A stretch of 45,335 nt of DNA from Minisyncoccia bacterium (GCA_041623915.1 JBFJWB010000002.1:1-45335), one strand, 5' to 3'. Counted from the stretch's first letter, positions 34,007 through 43,692 are shown. A program made the numbers and translations. Notes: generated by a model not told the origin, from the sequence alone.

Positions 34007-34049
34007 TATATGTAGTATACCCGAGTCAAGAGCGTGTATACTGGAGAAT

Positions 34050-34787
34050 ATGCTTATAGTCGCCAACTGGAAGGCCTATGTAAATGATGTTGATGTTGCT
34101 AAAACACTAACTACCCACGCAAAGAAGATTTCAGCATCAAGTGATGCAAAGATAATTATTGCGCCACCATCACCACTTCTCGCACTGCTTTCAAAAGGAA
34201 ATAGATCAAAAGTGTTTTTTTCTGCACAGGATGTATCACTTGAAGATGTAGGTGCGCACACAGGAGAAGCAACAGCAACGCTAATAAAAAACGTTGGCGC
34301 GCAGTATGTAATTGTTGGACATTCGGAAAGGCGTGCCAACGGTGAAACTGTAGAGGATGTATCAGGTAAATTAAAATCCAGCCTAATAGCCGGTCTCACT
34401 CCTATTTTGTGTGTTGGTGAGAGTGTCCGTGATAAGGAGGGTGCATATTTAGCCATGTTGCGCGGTCAGATTGTTTCGGCACTAAAAGATCTTTCTAACA
34501 AAGAGCGCGCACAAGTCGTTGTTGCGTACGAGCCAGTCTGGGCAATAGGGAAGAGTGCAACAAGCGCAATCACGCCGACAGATCTTGCAGAAATGGTACT
34601 TTATATAAGAAAAGTAATTGCAGAAATGGTACCAGGTACAAAAAGTGCACGTATGAAGATTCTTTACGGTGGGTCGGTAGAGCCAGAGAATGCTTCAGAG
34701 CTTGCGAATGGAGTAGACGGTTTCCTTATAGGGCACGCATCAATAACTCCGGAGTTATTTGCCGGCATATGCAAGGCAGTCGCATAG
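34050..34787 (+). CDS. tpiA: triosephosphate isomerase
   Basis: SD ggag at 34043-46. MLIVANWKAYV, VIVGHSERR, VVAYEPVWAIGKS, LYGGSV. Confidence 0.93.
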   Translation: MLIVANWKAYVNDVDVAKTLTTHAKKISASSDAKIIIAPPSPLLALLSKGNRSKVFFSAQDVSLEDVGAHTGEATATLIKNVGAQYVIVGHSERRANGETVEDVSGKLKSSLIAGLTPILCVGESVRDKEGAYLAMLRGQIVSALKDLSNKERAQVVVAYEPVWAIGKSATSAITPTDLAEMVLYIRKVIAEMVPGTKSARMKILYGGSVEPENASELANGVDGFLIGHASITPELFAGICKAVA

Positions 34788-34800
34788 TATAGTGTTTATT

Positions 34801-35958
34801 ATGAAGTCGTTGCATGACATTCCTGTGTTACAGAACATCCCAGTTCTTGTACGTACAGCAATGAATGTACCAATTGAAAATGGTGTAGTAACAAACGATT
34901 ATCGTTTGCGTCAAGCGCTACCAACAATACAATACTTAAGTGAGCGCGGTGCTCGGGTAGTGTTAATTAGTCATATTGGAGAACAAGGCACAGAAACATT
35001 AAGGCCAATAACAGAAGCGTTGGCGCAACTTATTTCAAATGTATCTTTTTGTGACGTTACGACAGGTGAGAAGGCTCGTAAGGCGGTGCGAGATCTTTCT
35101 TCAGGAAACATACTTGTACTGGAGAATTTACGTAGAAATATAGGAGAAACTAAAAACGATCCTGCTTTTTCAGCAGAGCTAGCAGAGCTAGCAGACATTT
35201 TTGTACAAGATTCATTTGATACTTGTCATCGTTCACACGCATCAATTGTTGGCGTACCTGCGCTTTTACCAAGCTATGCTGGATTATTGCTTGAACAAGA
35301 GGTTGCAGAACTTGGTAATGTTGTTCGCCCAGAACACCCATCACTCGCTGTTATAGGAGGAGCTAAATTTTCCACGAAAGAGCCAGCAATCAAAGCCCTA
35401 CTAGGTACTTATGACCATGTCTTTGTAGGAGGCGCGCTGGCAAATGATTTTCTTAGAGCGGCTGGAAAAGAGATTGGCAAGTCTGTCATATCTGGAGCTC
35501 CACTTGATGTAATAGAAACACTATTAAAAAATGAGAAACTTTCACTCCCTGAAGATGTGATTGTTGCTCCTAAGGATGTATTCGGCGCTCCAGATGCACG
35601 GATGCACGTACGTACATCACTTATTGATTCTGTCCGTAAAGATGAAATCATTCTTGATATGGGCCCCACTACTGCAGCAGTGCTTTCTGCGCGAGTAACA
35701 AATGCAAAGACAGTACTTTGGAATGGGCCATTAGGTAATTATGAACATGGTTTTACTGACGCAACAAATGCACTTGCCAGAGCAACAGCAAGTTCTGCTG
35801 CCCACACAGTTATAGGTGGTGGCGATACCATAGCTGCTATAGAGACGCTTGGTATACTGCACCGTTTTGATTTTGTATCTACAGGTGGCGGAGCAATGCT
35901 TGACCTTCTAGCTTACGGCACTTTACCGGGTATATCTATTTTATCAAAAGACGACTAA
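34801..35958 (+). CDS. pgk: phosphoglycerate kinase
   Basis: VLVRTAMNVP, VVLISHIG, VLENLR, WNGPLG, IGGGDT. ATG at 34801. Confidence 0.93.
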   Translation: MKSLHDIPVLQNIPVLVRTAMNVPIENGVVTNDYRLRQALPTIQYLSERGARVVLISHIGEQGTETLRPITEALAQLISNVSFCDVTTGEKARKAVRDLSSGNILVLENLRRNIGETKNDPAFSAELAELADIFVQDSFDTCHRSHASIVGVPALLPSYAGLLLEQEVAELGNVVRPEHPSLAVIGGAKFSTKEPAIKALLGTYDHVFVGGALANDFLRAAGKEIGKSVISGAPLDVIETLLKNEKLSLPEDVIVAPKDVFGAPDARMHVRTSLIDSVRKDEIILDMGPTTAAVLSARVTNAKTVLWNGPLGNYEHGFTDATNALARATASSAAHTVIGGGDTIAAIETLGILHRFDFVSTGGGAMLDLLAYGTLPGISILSKDD

Positions 35959-36365
35959 GACAAGCTCTTGCGAATAGAGTCGGCGACCTTCTTTGCTTCT
36001 CCTTTCGGGTACGGGGTCCCTTCCCAAAGTTTGTAGCCGTCGTTTGAAAAACGTGGGATGAGGTGTACATGTAAATGAAACACGGCCTGCCCAGCTTCTT
36101 TTTCATGGTTTGAGTATATATTCATGCCATCAGCACCAACTGCTTTCCGTATAGGTTTAGCGAGTATGCGCACTGTCTCCATTACATCTGCAAATGTCTC
36201 ACTATCAACATCAAAAATATTCCTAAAAGGTTTTTTCGGAATAACTAGTGTATGCCCAGGATTGTTTGGAGTGATGTCTAGAAAGGCGAGAGTCTTTTCA
36301 TTCTCGTATATTATCTCCGCAGGTATTTCTCGTCTGAGTATTTTCCCAAATATTGTGTCTTCCAT
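35955..36365 (-). CDS. HIT-family (histidine triad) nucleotide hydrolase
   Basis: CIF-less N-terminus TIFGKILRREIPAE and triad HLHVHLIP. Confidence 0.9.
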   Translation of the reverse strand: MEDTIFGKILRREIPAEIIYENEKTLAFLDITPNNPGHTLVIPKKPFRNIFDVDSETFADVMETVRILAKPIRKAVGADGMNIYSNHEKEAGQAVFHLHVHLIPRFSNDGYKLWEGTPYPKGEAKKVADSIRKSLS

Positions 36366-36413
36366 TAAACGTATGATACGCGTTTACAACACCTGTTACA
36401 ATGCAGGGCACCT

Positions 36414-38135
36414 ATGTTTCAACTTTACAAATCACTTGACGTGTCTGTGCGTGAGTCATTGAAAGAATACGATGATCTTACATCTGCACTGCTGGCTCGT
36501 CGCGGTATTACAAATGCAGAAGATGCGAAGTCATTTTTAAATCCTTCATACGACAAACATATACACGATCCGCTCTTAATGAAAAACATGCAAATTGGAG
36601 CTGAACGATTGACGCGGGCAATTCTCAAAAAAGAACATGTTGCTGTATGGAGCGATTATGATTGCGATGGTATTCCGGCTGGCGTACTTTTACACGATTT
36701 TCTTAAAAAGATGAAAGCGGATTTTGAAAATTATATTCCGCACAGACACAATGAGGGGTATGGAATAAACAAGAATGGGATAGCAAAACTAATTGCAAAT
36801 AACACATCGTTAATCATTACTGCGGACGTTGGTATTACAGATGTAGATGCAATTGCTTATGCTCGTGAACAGGGTATAGATGTAATTGTCACAGATCATC
36901 ATCTTCCAGGAGAAGTGCTTCCTGACGCTATTGTTATTGATCCAAAAGCTCACACAGACGAAACCTATCCATTTAAGGAATTGTGTGGAGCAGGGCTTGC
37001 TTGGAAGTTATGTACAGCTGCTCTTTCGGTCTCACCAGAATTACGTAGTCGTGCGTCACAAGGATGGGAAAAGTGGTTACTGGACATGGCAGGACTCGCG
37101 ACTATTGCAGATATGGTCCCACTAACTGGAGAGAATCGCGTCATTGCATCATACGGACTTCGTGTTTTGCGCAAATCTCCGCGTATCGGATTGCAAAAAC
37201 TATGTCGCTCAATGCGCGTCAATCAATCAACCTTTAGAGAAGATGACGTTGGTTTCATGCTTGCTCCACGAATAAATGCAGCATCACGTATGGGAGAAGC
37301 AGGCGACGCTTTTGAATTATTAACAACAACAGATGAGTCTCGTGCAGAGGTTCTTTCCAAAAAACTTGAAAAATTAAATCGTGAACGCAAGGCACAGGTC
37401 GGCGCAATAACTCGAGCGTTGCATACAAAACTTAAAGAACGAAAGACTATACCTCGTGTTATTGCACTCGGAGATCCAGTGTGGAGACCGTCCTTGCTTG
37501 GACTTGCAGCAAACACAATTTCAGATGAATACGGATGCCCAGTTTTCTTGTGGGGACGTGATGGCGATAACTCTGCAAAAGGCTCATGTCGCTCAGGGGA
37601 CAGTTCAAACTTGGTGGAATTAATGCGTCTCGCGGAAGAAGTGTTTGTTGGGTATGGGGGCCACGCTGCGTCAGGAGGGTTCACTGTAAAAGAAGAAAAG
37701 ATATTTGTTCTGGAAGATGTACTGAGCAATGCACACGAGCAAATGATTTCCAAATCAGAAACAGAAACATCTTCACAGTCAGCAGATGCAGAGATACCAA
37801 TTGAAAGCATTACATTGTCTTTTCTAAATACTTTGGAGCACATGGCACCTTTTGGTGAACAAAATCCCAAGCCAGTATTTGCACTTCGTGATTTAGCTGT
37901 AGGGGATGTTTCCCGTTTCGGAAAGTCACATGAGCATGTAAAGATCTCGTTTCACGATGAGATTGGACGACATCGCACAGATGGAATTATCTTTTTTGTA
38001 AAAGGTGCGCTACTCAAAAAGATAGATCAACTTGTTACAGGAGGGAACGCAAACATATTAGCTCATTTAGAACGCGACCCGTTTTCTCGTGCGCGACCAG
38101 TCCGTTTGCGCATACTTGATGTGTCCTTGGTATAG
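36414..38135 (+). CDS. recJ: single-stranded-DNA-specific exonuclease RecJ
   Basis: DHH motifs SDYDCDGI, ITADVG, VIVTDHH. DHHA1 motif GGHAASGGF. Confidence 0.92.
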   Translation: MFQLYKSLDVSVRESLKEYDDLTSALLARRGITNAEDAKSFLNPSYDKHIHDPLLMKNMQIGAERLTRAILKKEHVAVWSDYDCDGIPAGVLLHDFLKKMKADFENYIPHRHNEGYGINKNGIAKLIANNTSLIITADVGITDVDAIAYAREQGIDVIVTDHHLPGEVLPDAIVIDPKAHTDETYPFKELCGAGLAWKLCTAALSVSPELRSRASQGWEKWLLDMAGLATIADMVPLTGENRVIASYGLRVLRKSPRIGLQKLCRSMRVNQSTFREDDVGFMLAPRINAASRMGEAGDAFELLTTTDESRAEVLSKKLEKLNRERKAQVGAITRALHTKLKERKTIPRVIALGDPVWRPSLLGLAANTISDEYGCPVFLWGRDGDNSAKGSCRSGDSSNLVELMRLAEEVFVGYGGHAASGGFTVKEEKIFVLEDVLSNAHEQMISKSETETSSQSADAEIPIESITLSFLNTLEHMAPFGEQNPKPVFALRDLAVGDVSRFGKSHEHVKISFHDEIGRHRTDGIIFFVKGALLKKIDQLVTGGNANILAHLERDPFSRARPVRLRILDVSLV

Positions 38136-38143
38136 TAGAGCAT

Positions 38144-38560
38144 ATGCAGTATACAATTTTTGCTGATGGAGGAGCGCGAGGCAATCCGGGTCCAGCGGGT
38201 GCTGGAGCTGTTGTTAAAAATTCTACAGGCGAAAACGTAGCGCGTGTTTCTGCATTTCTTGGTCACCGTACTAATAATTTTGCAGAGTACGAAGCTGTTA
38301 TTCGCGCATTTGAATCATTAGGAAACATTGTGAAAGAAAAAGCCGATACAGTTGATGTTGCAGTTAATCTAGATAGTGAATTAATTGTAAAACAAATGCG
38401 TGGTGAGTATAAAGTAAAGCATCCGGTATTGAAGGAACAACACTCGCGCCTTCTGCAATATATTGGCGCATATAAAACAGTCGTATTCACTCACATACCT
38501 CGTGCACAAAATGCTGAAGCAGACACTCTTGCGAATGAGGCAATGGATGCAGGAGAGTAG
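38144..38560 (+). CDS. rnhA: RNase H type-1 family protein
   Basis: IFADGGARGNPGPAGAG, NNFAEYEAVI, DSELIVKQM, NAEADTLAN. Confidence 0.88.
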   Translation: MQYTIFADGGARGNPGPAGAGAVVKNSTGENVARVSAFLGHRTNNFAEYEAVIRAFESLGNIVKEKADTVDVAVNLDSELIVKQMRGEYKVKHPVLKEQHSRLLQYIGAYKTVVFTHIPRAQNAEADTLANEAMDAGE

Positions 38561-38565
38561 TCGCT

Positions 38566-40080
38566 ATGAATATTTTGATCGCGATCGTTGCCGGCTTCAG
38601 TGCCGGCGTTTTTATTAGGTCAGTGTATGTAGTTGGGTTAGCTACCGAGATGTTTCTTTTATTTGTGTCGTGCGTACTTCTCATAGGAGCTTATACATTT
38701 CATAGAAAGATTTATGTTGTATCAGCAATATTTTTCTTGTGTGTTGCTGGCGGTATTGTGCGCACTTCATTGGTGGACACTCCTCCTCCAGAACCGTTTT
38801 TTGCACAAGTAGGTCAACGTGTTGCGTATTATGGAGTGGTGCGTGATGTTGATGTGCGTGATGCACACGAGCGTATTACGATTTCTATTGAAGAAAGTGG
38901 TGTGTCAACACGAGTACTTGCTATAACTGATCGGTACACTCTCGTACCAGTTGGCGCTCGCGTGCGCGTATATGGCACACTCGAGATACCCAAATCATTT
39001 GAAAGTGATGGCGGTCGTACGTTTAGGTATGATGCATACTTAGCAAAAGATGGAATACGTTTCCTTTTGAACTACGCAGTATTGGAAGTTAATTCTCCAG
39101 CGCCGTGGTATTCAATAATGGCGCGACTTTCCGAAGTAAAGAGAATATTTACAGAAGGATTGAATACAGTTTTGCCAGAGCCATATGCATCACTCGCTGG
39201 CGGTATAACAGTAGGAGGTAAACAAGGATTAGGAACTTCTTTGGTTGATGCGTTTACAGTTGTGGGACTTGTGCACATTGTTGTTCTTTCTGGGTACAAC
39301 GTTATGGTGATCGCTGATGCTGTTATGGCAGGATTTACGCGCGCGCGTTTTTCGCGGAGGCGTGCAGCTTTTATAGGTGCAGTGACTATCGGATTATTCG
39401 TGCTTCTTACGGGCGCGGGGACAGCTACATTGCGCGCTGGACTCATGGCACTTATTGCTCTTTTTGCTAGAGCTACCAATCGTACTTATGCAGCAAGTCG
39501 TGCTCTTTTGGTCGTGGCGCTCATAATGCTTATGTGGCATCCGATGTTGCTTGTGTACGATCCTGGGTTTGTTTTGTCATTAATTGCAACCGCAGGACTT
39601 ATTTGGCTCTCACCATTTATTGAAAAGTCGCTGTTGTGGATTAAAGGTAAGTTTGTGCGTGAAATCCTAGCAACAACAATTTCTGCACAAGTAGCAGTAA
39701 TGCCTTTTCTTTTATACCAAACTGGCAATCTATCTTTCGTCTCACTTATTGCAAATGCTCTTGTGTTACCAGTCGTTCCAATTGCTATGGCGCTTTCTGC
39801 AATTGGTGCGATAGCAGGAATTTTTCTCGCTCCATTCTCGCTATTCTCTGCTCTTATTATTGCTTATCCGGCCTATCTTGCTACGGCATACATGGTATTG
39901 GTGGCCGAGATTATTGCAGCGCTACCATTTGCGAGTATGACAGTACCAGTATTTCCGTTTTGGATAGTAGTGGTTGCGTATGTTCTCATGGGGTGGTTGC
40001 TAGTTTGTATATATAAAAAAAGAGTAGTGAACGAATCGTCCACTACTCCAAATGCGCCACTTTGGCGACAGATTGCTTAG
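38566..40080 (+). CDS. comEC: ComEC/Rec2 DNA-uptake channel protein: OB/DUF4131 plus competence TM domains only
   Basis: LAGGITVGGKQGLGTSLVDAFTVVGLVHIVVLSGYNV plus about 10 TM segments. Ends before any MBL domain. Confidence 0.88.
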   Translation: MNILIAIVAGFSAGVFIRSVYVVGLATEMFLLFVSCVLLIGAYTFHRKIYVVSAIFFLCVAGGIVRTSLVDTPPPEPFFAQVGQRVAYYGVVRDVDVRDAHERITISIEESGVSTRVLAITDRYTLVPVGARVRVYGTLEIPKSFESDGGRTFRYDAYLAKDGIRFLLNYAVLEVNSPAPWYSIMARLSEVKRIFTEGLNTVLPEPYASLAGGITVGGKQGLGTSLVDAFTVVGLVHIVVLSGYNVMVIADAVMAGFTRARFSRRRAAFIGAVTIGLFVLLTGAGTATLRAGLMALIALFARATNRTYAASRALLVVALIMLMWHPMLLVYDPGFVLSLIATAGLIWLSPFIEKSLLWIKGKFVREILATTISAQVAVMPFLLYQTGNLSFVSLIANALVLPVVPIAMALSAIGAIAGIFLAPFSLFSALIIAYPAYLATAYMVLVAEIIAALPFASMTVPVFPFWIVVVAYVLMGWLLVCIYKKRVVNESSTTPNAPLWRQIA

Positions 40081-40127
40081 TCAAACCAAAATAAACAACA
40101 TTGCACAATGTACTTCCTTGCCCTGTT

Positions 40128-40160
40128 CTTTCTGTAGAAGGTCAGACCATCTACAGAAAG
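40128..40160. terminator. 11-bp hairpin between convergent genes
   Basis: ctttctgtaga-(11 nt)-tctacagaaag. Confidence 0.5.
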
Positions 40161-40165
40161 TTGTC

Positions 40166-40480
40166 TTAATCGAACCAGTCGTCCGTCCGTTTGCCGAGCT
40201 CTAGATAAATTTCCTCTGAAGTACTGATCAGCATATAGATAGCGAATGGGACGCACCAAGGTGATAAGACTACCGTAAGATAAACGAGAATTGAAGAAAA
40301 AATACTCGATATCATTGCAGGTGGCCCAAACAATGCGCTAAATGAGAAGAAGGCACCAAGCAGAGTCGCGAAGCAGGCCAATTCTGCCAATAAGAGTAGT
40401 AGTAATTTCCCGCTGAGGACATTTGCCAAGTTTTGAGTTCGAACCAGCATGGTGGAATGAAATATCCGAAGAGTATTCAT
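40166..40480 (-). CDS. small membrane protein (3 TM)
   Basis: 104-aa ORF with hydrophobic spans LLLLLLAELACFATLLGAFF and ISSIFSSILVYLTVVL. Confidence 0.5.
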   Translation of the reverse strand: MNTLRIFHSTMLVRTQNLANVLSGKLLLLLLAELACFATLLGAFFSFSALFGPPAMISSIFSSILVYLTVVLSPWCVPFAIYMLISTSEEIYLELGKRTDDWFD

Positions 40481-40585
40481 TTAAATAACCTATTTTATGA
40501 GTCCGAGATTAGAGTAGCATGTATTTTAAGTTGACTAAAACAAGCGTTGCAAGTAGGCTCTCTCTAGTTTTGTACGGAGAGGCAA

Positions 40586-40798
40586 ATGGCCATAATTCGG
40601 TGTTTCTGGGCTGGAATTCTTGTGAAAAAGGAAGAGATACCTGCAGAGCGAGTATCAGAGTTTCTCAAGGAAATCGAGAAGCATATGCGTATCAAGAATA
40701 TGAAACACACATCCTGTGGTGTTACGCACACGCTTGATAAATTGTGTATTGATGTGGTGCACGAAGACGATACTGAGTTTCTTGCGTTGTCTGTATGA
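40586..40798 (+). CDS. hypothetical 70-aa protein
   Basis: SD-like ggagagg 4 nt upstream. Followed by the terminator at 40809-40834. Confidence 0.45.
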   Translation: MAIIRCFWAGILVKKEEIPAERVSEFLKEIEKHMRIKNMKHTSCGVTHTLDKLCIDVVHEDDTEFLALSV

Positions 40799-40808
40799 CG
40801 ACTAAATT

Positions 40809-40834
40809 GAAAGCGCCATCATGTGGCGCTTTTC
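40809..40834. terminator. bidirectional terminator (sod / 70-aa ORF)
   Basis: aaagcgcca-tcatg-tggcgctttt. Confidence 0.7.
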
Positions 40835-40835
40835 T

Positions 40836-41429
40836 CTATATTTTTGCGTCCGTAAGACGTTTTTCAATCACACTCCAGTTCAAGTTTTCAAAAAAGGCGT
40901 CAATGTAGTTCTTCTTTTCAGCCGGTACGTAATCAACCATGAAAGCGTGTTCCCATAGATCAAGTGCAAGCAAGATGGAGAGTCCGGCGAGTTGACCAAT
41001 TTCATGATCTGCTACGAAAGTGGAGTGAATCGTGTTTGTCATAGAATCGAAGTACACAACAACCCAGCCGACACCTCGAGTGCCGGCTACTTCCTTGATG
41101 TGTTTCTCAAGACCTGACTCGCCGTACTTTTCTTTTGCCATAGTCGCAAGAGTTGAGTTCGGATTCATTTCCACAAATCCTTTCTCAAATTGAGAAAAGT
41201 AGTACTCATGCATGCGCATACCATCAAATTCAAAGGAAAAACGACGACGAAGCTCAGCGACTACATAAGGATCCATTTCCACCGCACCGTTACGCGTTTC
41301 AGCGAGCTTCTTGATAATAAGGTTCACATGCTTCACATATCCTTCATAGAGTCCCAAGTGCACGGAAACTTGTTTTTCCGAGATACCTTTTAAAATAGGC
41401 AGGTTAAATATTTTTGTTTCGTATACCAT
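40836..41429 (-). CDS. Fe/Mn-family superoxide dismutase
   Basis: C-terminal signature DLWEHAFMVDY and mid His in GMRMHEYYF. The N-terminal HH..HH region is reduced to a single His (SVHLGLYEGYV). Confidence 0.78.
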   Translation of the reverse strand: MVYETKIFNLPILKGISEKQVSVHLGLYEGYVKHVNLIIKKLAETRNGAVEMDPYVVAELRRRFSFEFDGMRMHEYYFSQFEKGFVEMNPNSTLATMAKEKYGESGLEKHIKEVAGTRGVGWVVVYFDSMTNTIHSTFVADHEIGQLAGLSILLALDLWEHAFMVDYVPAEKKNYIDAFFENLNWSVIEKRLTDAKI

Positions 41430-41453
41430 AATGTGAATACTCTACCATGCTCC

Positions 41454-42278
41454 ATGATTACTCACGGATACATATATAGGTACGCTCCTCTGATAGTGGC
41501 AGTTTTTCTTGTAACTACTCTAGTGATGTTTTATGTCGCGCGTACGACACGAGAACTCACAGTCTCATTTCTTGATGTTGGGAATGGGAGCGCAGTATTA
41601 GTGGAATCACCTTCAGGCACTGTAGTACTCATAGGTGGAGGGCCAGACGCCAGTGTGCTTAGAGAACTTGGCAGAACGCTTCCATTTTGGAAGCGCACCA
41701 TTGATATGGTCATGGTACCAAGCAAAGCTAGTGGCGTTGTGGGTGGCTTGCCGGAAGTGGTAGCACGTTACAAAGTGGGTGCTTTAGTTGCACCAGAAGC
41801 TATTGATACTCGTGCTGGGGAAGTTCTTTTCGAACGGTTTTCAAGTGAGTATGTTGATGTAAATACTTATGTTGCTAGACGCGGTATGCGTTTTGATCTT
41901 GGTAGCGGTGCTTATATAGACACACTTGCACCAGACGTGTTTCGTTTAGCGTATGGGGATACAGTCTTCATGTTTTCTGGCGACCTCTCACAAAGGAGTT
42001 TAGAGAAGCTCATTACGCTTGATGAATCATTTGGTCTCTTGCGTGCTGATGTGGTGGCCATTCCTCACGAAGGAAAGACAAGCGAAGCTCTAGACACATG
42101 GCTCGCTCTTTTGCGAGCACATTGGGCTGTAATCTCCGTAGCTAACTACAATCGGTATAACTATCCGAGCACAGATACTATTGCAAGTATTGTTAAGCAC
42201 AGCATGAAACTTGTGCGTACGGATACATCTGGACGCGCTGTATTTGTGTCAGATGGCGAGCGTGTCGTGCACAAATAA
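41454..42278 (+). CDS. ComEC-type MBL-fold domain protein with degenerate metal-binding motifs
   Basis: TM segment plus VSFLDVGNGSAVLVE, FSGDLSQRSLEKLI, DVVAIPHEGKTSEAL, NRYNYPS all parallel the ComEC C-terminal domain. The HxDxDH position reads VPSKASG. ATG at 41454 is preferred over the GTG at 41433. Confidence 0.7.
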   Translation: MITHGYIYRYAPLIVAVFLVTTLVMFYVARTTRELTVSFLDVGNGSAVLVESPSGTVVLIGGGPDASVLRELGRTLPFWKRTIDMVMVPSKASGVVGGLPEVVARYKVGALVAPEAIDTRAGEVLFERFSSEYVDVNTYVARRGMRFDLGSGAYIDTLAPDVFRLAYGDTVFMFSGDLSQRSLEKLITLDESFGLLRADVVAIPHEGKTSEALDTWLALLRAHWAVISVANYNRYNYPSTDTIASIVKHSMKLVRTDTSGRAVFVSDGERVVHK

Positions 42279-42387
42279 AGTCCACGATACCAAATCGCAA
42301 CAGTTTTTTGTTTGCAATAGAGAGATCTTCTCCTAGTGAGTGTTACAATTACTGAAGAAATCTCAAGGCTTTCATAAGGAGGGAGTC

Positions 42388-42663
42388 ATGATGGGCGTTG
42401 TACGTTTTTTGTTTGCTCACGCTAAGATTATTTTACTTACCCCATTGGCCGTATTCTTTGTTTATGTACCGTGTATATTTATTGCTTTTGGTGTATATCC
42501 AGAACTGATTGTAAAAGTGCCGTGGGAAGATGTTGAGTTTGCAGTGATTGAACTTGTGGGTCTGGGCCTCGGAATATTAGTTGGCATAGAAATGTTCTTC
42601 GGATTAGTTCTCTTGCTTGTAAAGATGATCCAGATGGATTACGAAACAAGCGTTATCTTGTAG
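42388..42663 (+). CDS. small membrane protein (3 TM)
   Basis: Strong SD aaggaggg at 42377-84. Begins MMGVVRFLFAH. Confidence 0.6.
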   Translation: MMGVVRFLFAHAKIILLTPLAVFFVYVPCIFIAFGVYPELIVKVPWEDVEFAVIELVGLGLGILVGIEMFFGLVLLLVKMIQMDYETSVIL

Positions 42664-42676
42664 GCAAAGTATAAAT

Positions 42677-42704
42677 TAAAAGCCTCGGCTACTCGAGGCT
42701 TTTA
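42677..42704. terminator. bidirectional terminator (rpmB / small membrane ORF)
   Basis: aaaagcctcg-gctact-cgaggctttt. Confidence 0.75.
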
Positions 42705-42720
42705 ATTTTCAGTAGAGTCT

Positions 42721-42963
42721 TTAAATAACACCAGCTTTCTTGAATGTTGCGTACGCACCATTCTTTTTTACAGAGCGGAGACCTTGAGCAGAGATATCTA
42801 CGATAATAGTCTTCTCAAGCTCAGGAATATAGAATCTGCGACGTTGTAAATTTGCCTTTCGGCGCACCTTGCCTGTAGGGTTGAATTGAGTAGCACGCGT
42901 GCGGTTTGAGTACCGTCCGCCTACTTGTGTGCTTTTGCCAGTTACGCTACATGTGCGTGCCAT
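42721..42963 (-). CDS. rpmB: 50S ribosomal protein L28
   Basis: MARTCSVTGKSTQVGGRYSNRTRATQ. Confidence 0.93.
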   Translation of the reverse strand: MARTCSVTGKSTQVGGRYSNRTRATQFNPTGKVRRKANLQRRRFYIPELEKTIIVDISAQGLRSVKKNGAYATFKKAGVI

Positions 42964-43006
42964 AGTGTGCGCATGGTAGCATGAGATACGAAAGACGCAA
43001 TACTAT

Positions 43007-43636
43007 ATGGAAGCCATCCTCATTCTAATCGTACTTATATTTTCAATTATCGTGCACGAAGTAGCGCACGGGTATGCTGCTTATACCCTTGGTGACCCTA
43101 CCGCAAAACTGGCTGGTAGACTTACTCTCAACCCAGTGCCTCATATTGACCCAATGGGCTCAATATTCTTGCCTGCATTACTCGTGTTTACGCACTCGCC
43201 GATTTTTTTCGGGTGGGCTAAACCAGTACCGTATAATCCATACAACTTAAGGAATCAGCGGTGGGGAGAGGCGTTTGTTGCAATTGCTGGCGTTGCAACA
43301 AATCTGTTTCTAGCTGTTATTTTCGCAGGATTTGTACGACTTGCTTCCGCGGGGTTGATTCCAGAGACTGCAGGCGCATTTGCAGGTACTGTTGTGTTTG
43401 TGAATCTGTTTTTAGCACTTTTCAATTTAATACCATTTCCACCGCTAGATGGCTTTACTTTCTTAAGAGGAATACTTCCGTTTCAGTACGCACGTCACCT
43501 TGTTGAGATAGAACACAAGGTGCAGTCTTCTGGGTTTGTAACGCTTATTCTCTTCTTGTTAGTCTTCTCATACTTTTTTGCACCACCATTCTTTAACTTT
43601 GTATTCTGGGTAGCAGGGCTTTTGATGGGTGTATAG
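43007..43636 (+). CDS. site-2-protease-family (M50) membrane metalloprotease
   Basis: HEVAHG in the first TM segment, later NLIPFPPLDG. 209 aa. Confidence 0.88.
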   Translation: MEAILILIVLIFSIIVHEVAHGYAAYTLGDPTAKLAGRLTLNPVPHIDPMGSIFLPALLVFTHSPIFFGWAKPVPYNPYNLRNQRWGEAFVAIAGVATNLFLAVIFAGFVRLASAGLIPETAGAFAGTVVFVNLFLALFNLIPFPPLDGFTFLRGILPFQYARHLVEIEHKVQSSGFVTLILFLLVFSYFFAPPFFNFVFWVAGLLMGV

Positions 43637-43637
43637 G

Positions 43638-43666
43638 TTGCATTCTTTCGGGTTCTCCTCTATAGT
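43638..43666 (+). promoter_or_regulatory. promoter TTGCAT-17-TATAGT upstream of rpsL
   Basis: TTGCAT at 43638-43643, TATAGT at 43661-43666. Confidence 0.5.
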
Positions 43667-43673
43667 CATGAGC

Positions 43674-43692
43674 GACCCCGATGGGGTCTTTT
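43674..43692 (+). terminator. hairpin plus U4 placed 10 nt before the rpsL ATG (M50 terminator and/or rpsL leader stem)
   Basis: gacccc-gat-ggggtc-tttt. Confidence 0.5.

Noticed and set aside
33930-34049. 40-codon N-terminal extension of tpiA overlapping the pseudopilin gene
   Set aside because: TIM homology starts at MLIVANWK (34050), which has an SD. The extension is antisense to the prepilin leader region.
37223-37870. 215-aa minus-strand ORF inside recJ
   Set aside because: It is an antisense shadow ORF with no motifs. recJ has clear DHH/DHHA1 motifs.
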